A stretch of 63,369 bases of DNA, filler included, from Globobulimina sp. (lineage: Eukaryota), in NCBI GenBank assembly GCA_003354225.1. It is 18 parts of 18 records of this genome, joined end to end, with 100 filler letters (N's around TTAATTAATTAA, not from the genome) between each part and the next. Parts side by side here need not be neighbours in the genome. Positions count along the whole stretch, not along the records: positions 59,948 to 63,369 come from PIVH01002837.1; 17 more parts are not named here. The stretch is one strand, 5' to 3'. Below the pieces are notes generated by a model. That model made no database searches and was not told the DNA's origin. It saw nothing but the letters and a program-made list of their open reading frames with translations. Position numbers and translations under genes: made by a program. This document shows, piece by piece, positions 63,101-63,369 of the stretch. The stretch's first letter is position 1. Every line of letters starts with the position of its first letter.

Positions 63101-63369
63101 TATATAATGGTATTGCAATAACATTGCGATATATATATAACGTATTTGATATTCGACCATCAGACATTGTGGCCAATGAAATTGGATTGCGACCACCCAA
63201 CGATGTAACTGGCTTAATATACCCAGCCGTGTTATTATCATTTGTTATAATGCATTATCACTTAACCCGGAAACAAAAGGAACGCCATACTTTGTTGGAA
63301 TTTAAGTTTGAACAATTAATATTAAAGAATACAGAGAGCAGAACAAATTCATTTCTATTTGCTATATTA
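60113..63369 (+). CDS. Piezo-like mechanosensitive channel N-terminal blade (main exon 60430 to >63369, 980 codons open) with ankyrin insert; 5' exons uncertain
   Basis: Frame 1 is stop-free to the window end, so it is absent from the ORF track; 4-TM units with PS...PYF, Y..LH.....YQ...LGL, LH..FL.FF...RK.W..L..Y. Confidence 0.75.

Overview
This window is not one locus. It is 18 unrelated contigs of about 3.42-3.43 kb, sorted by decreasing length and joined by artificial 100-nt spacers (N-run, TTAATTAATTAA, N-run). The DNA is AT-rich and eukaryotic, uses the standard code, has short GT-AG introns (mostly about 55-115 nt) and very tight gene spacing. The gene families suggest a rhizarian, probably foraminiferan, protist (inference). 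Recognisable genes: SAPS/PP6R, a flavin amine oxidase, COG7, an S28 carboxypeptidase, MTG1, SAM-U-box, GNAT, MFS, HUS1, an EML-like WD40 protein, an HxpB-like HAD phosphatase, importin-9, LPCAT, TMEM64/VTT, 5-oxoprolinase, a FAM173-like methyltransferase, GT92, and TRPM-like, PKD1-like and Piezo-like channels. The Piezo ORF is missing from the ORF track. Most notable observations: (1) a 3,307-bp circular or tandem unit carrying one orphan spliced gene; (2) two arrays of hairpin repeats next to a densely structured ~460-nt element; (3) a Piezo-like protein with inserted ankyrin repeats; (4) a Ty3/Gypsy-like LTR element inserted in a MATH::S28 chimera; (5) a membrane protein built of at least 13 D-x15/16-R repeats; (6) frequent frame disruptions; (7) head-to-head genes only 15-50 bp apart. 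All calls rest on motif recognition by eye; no searches were run.
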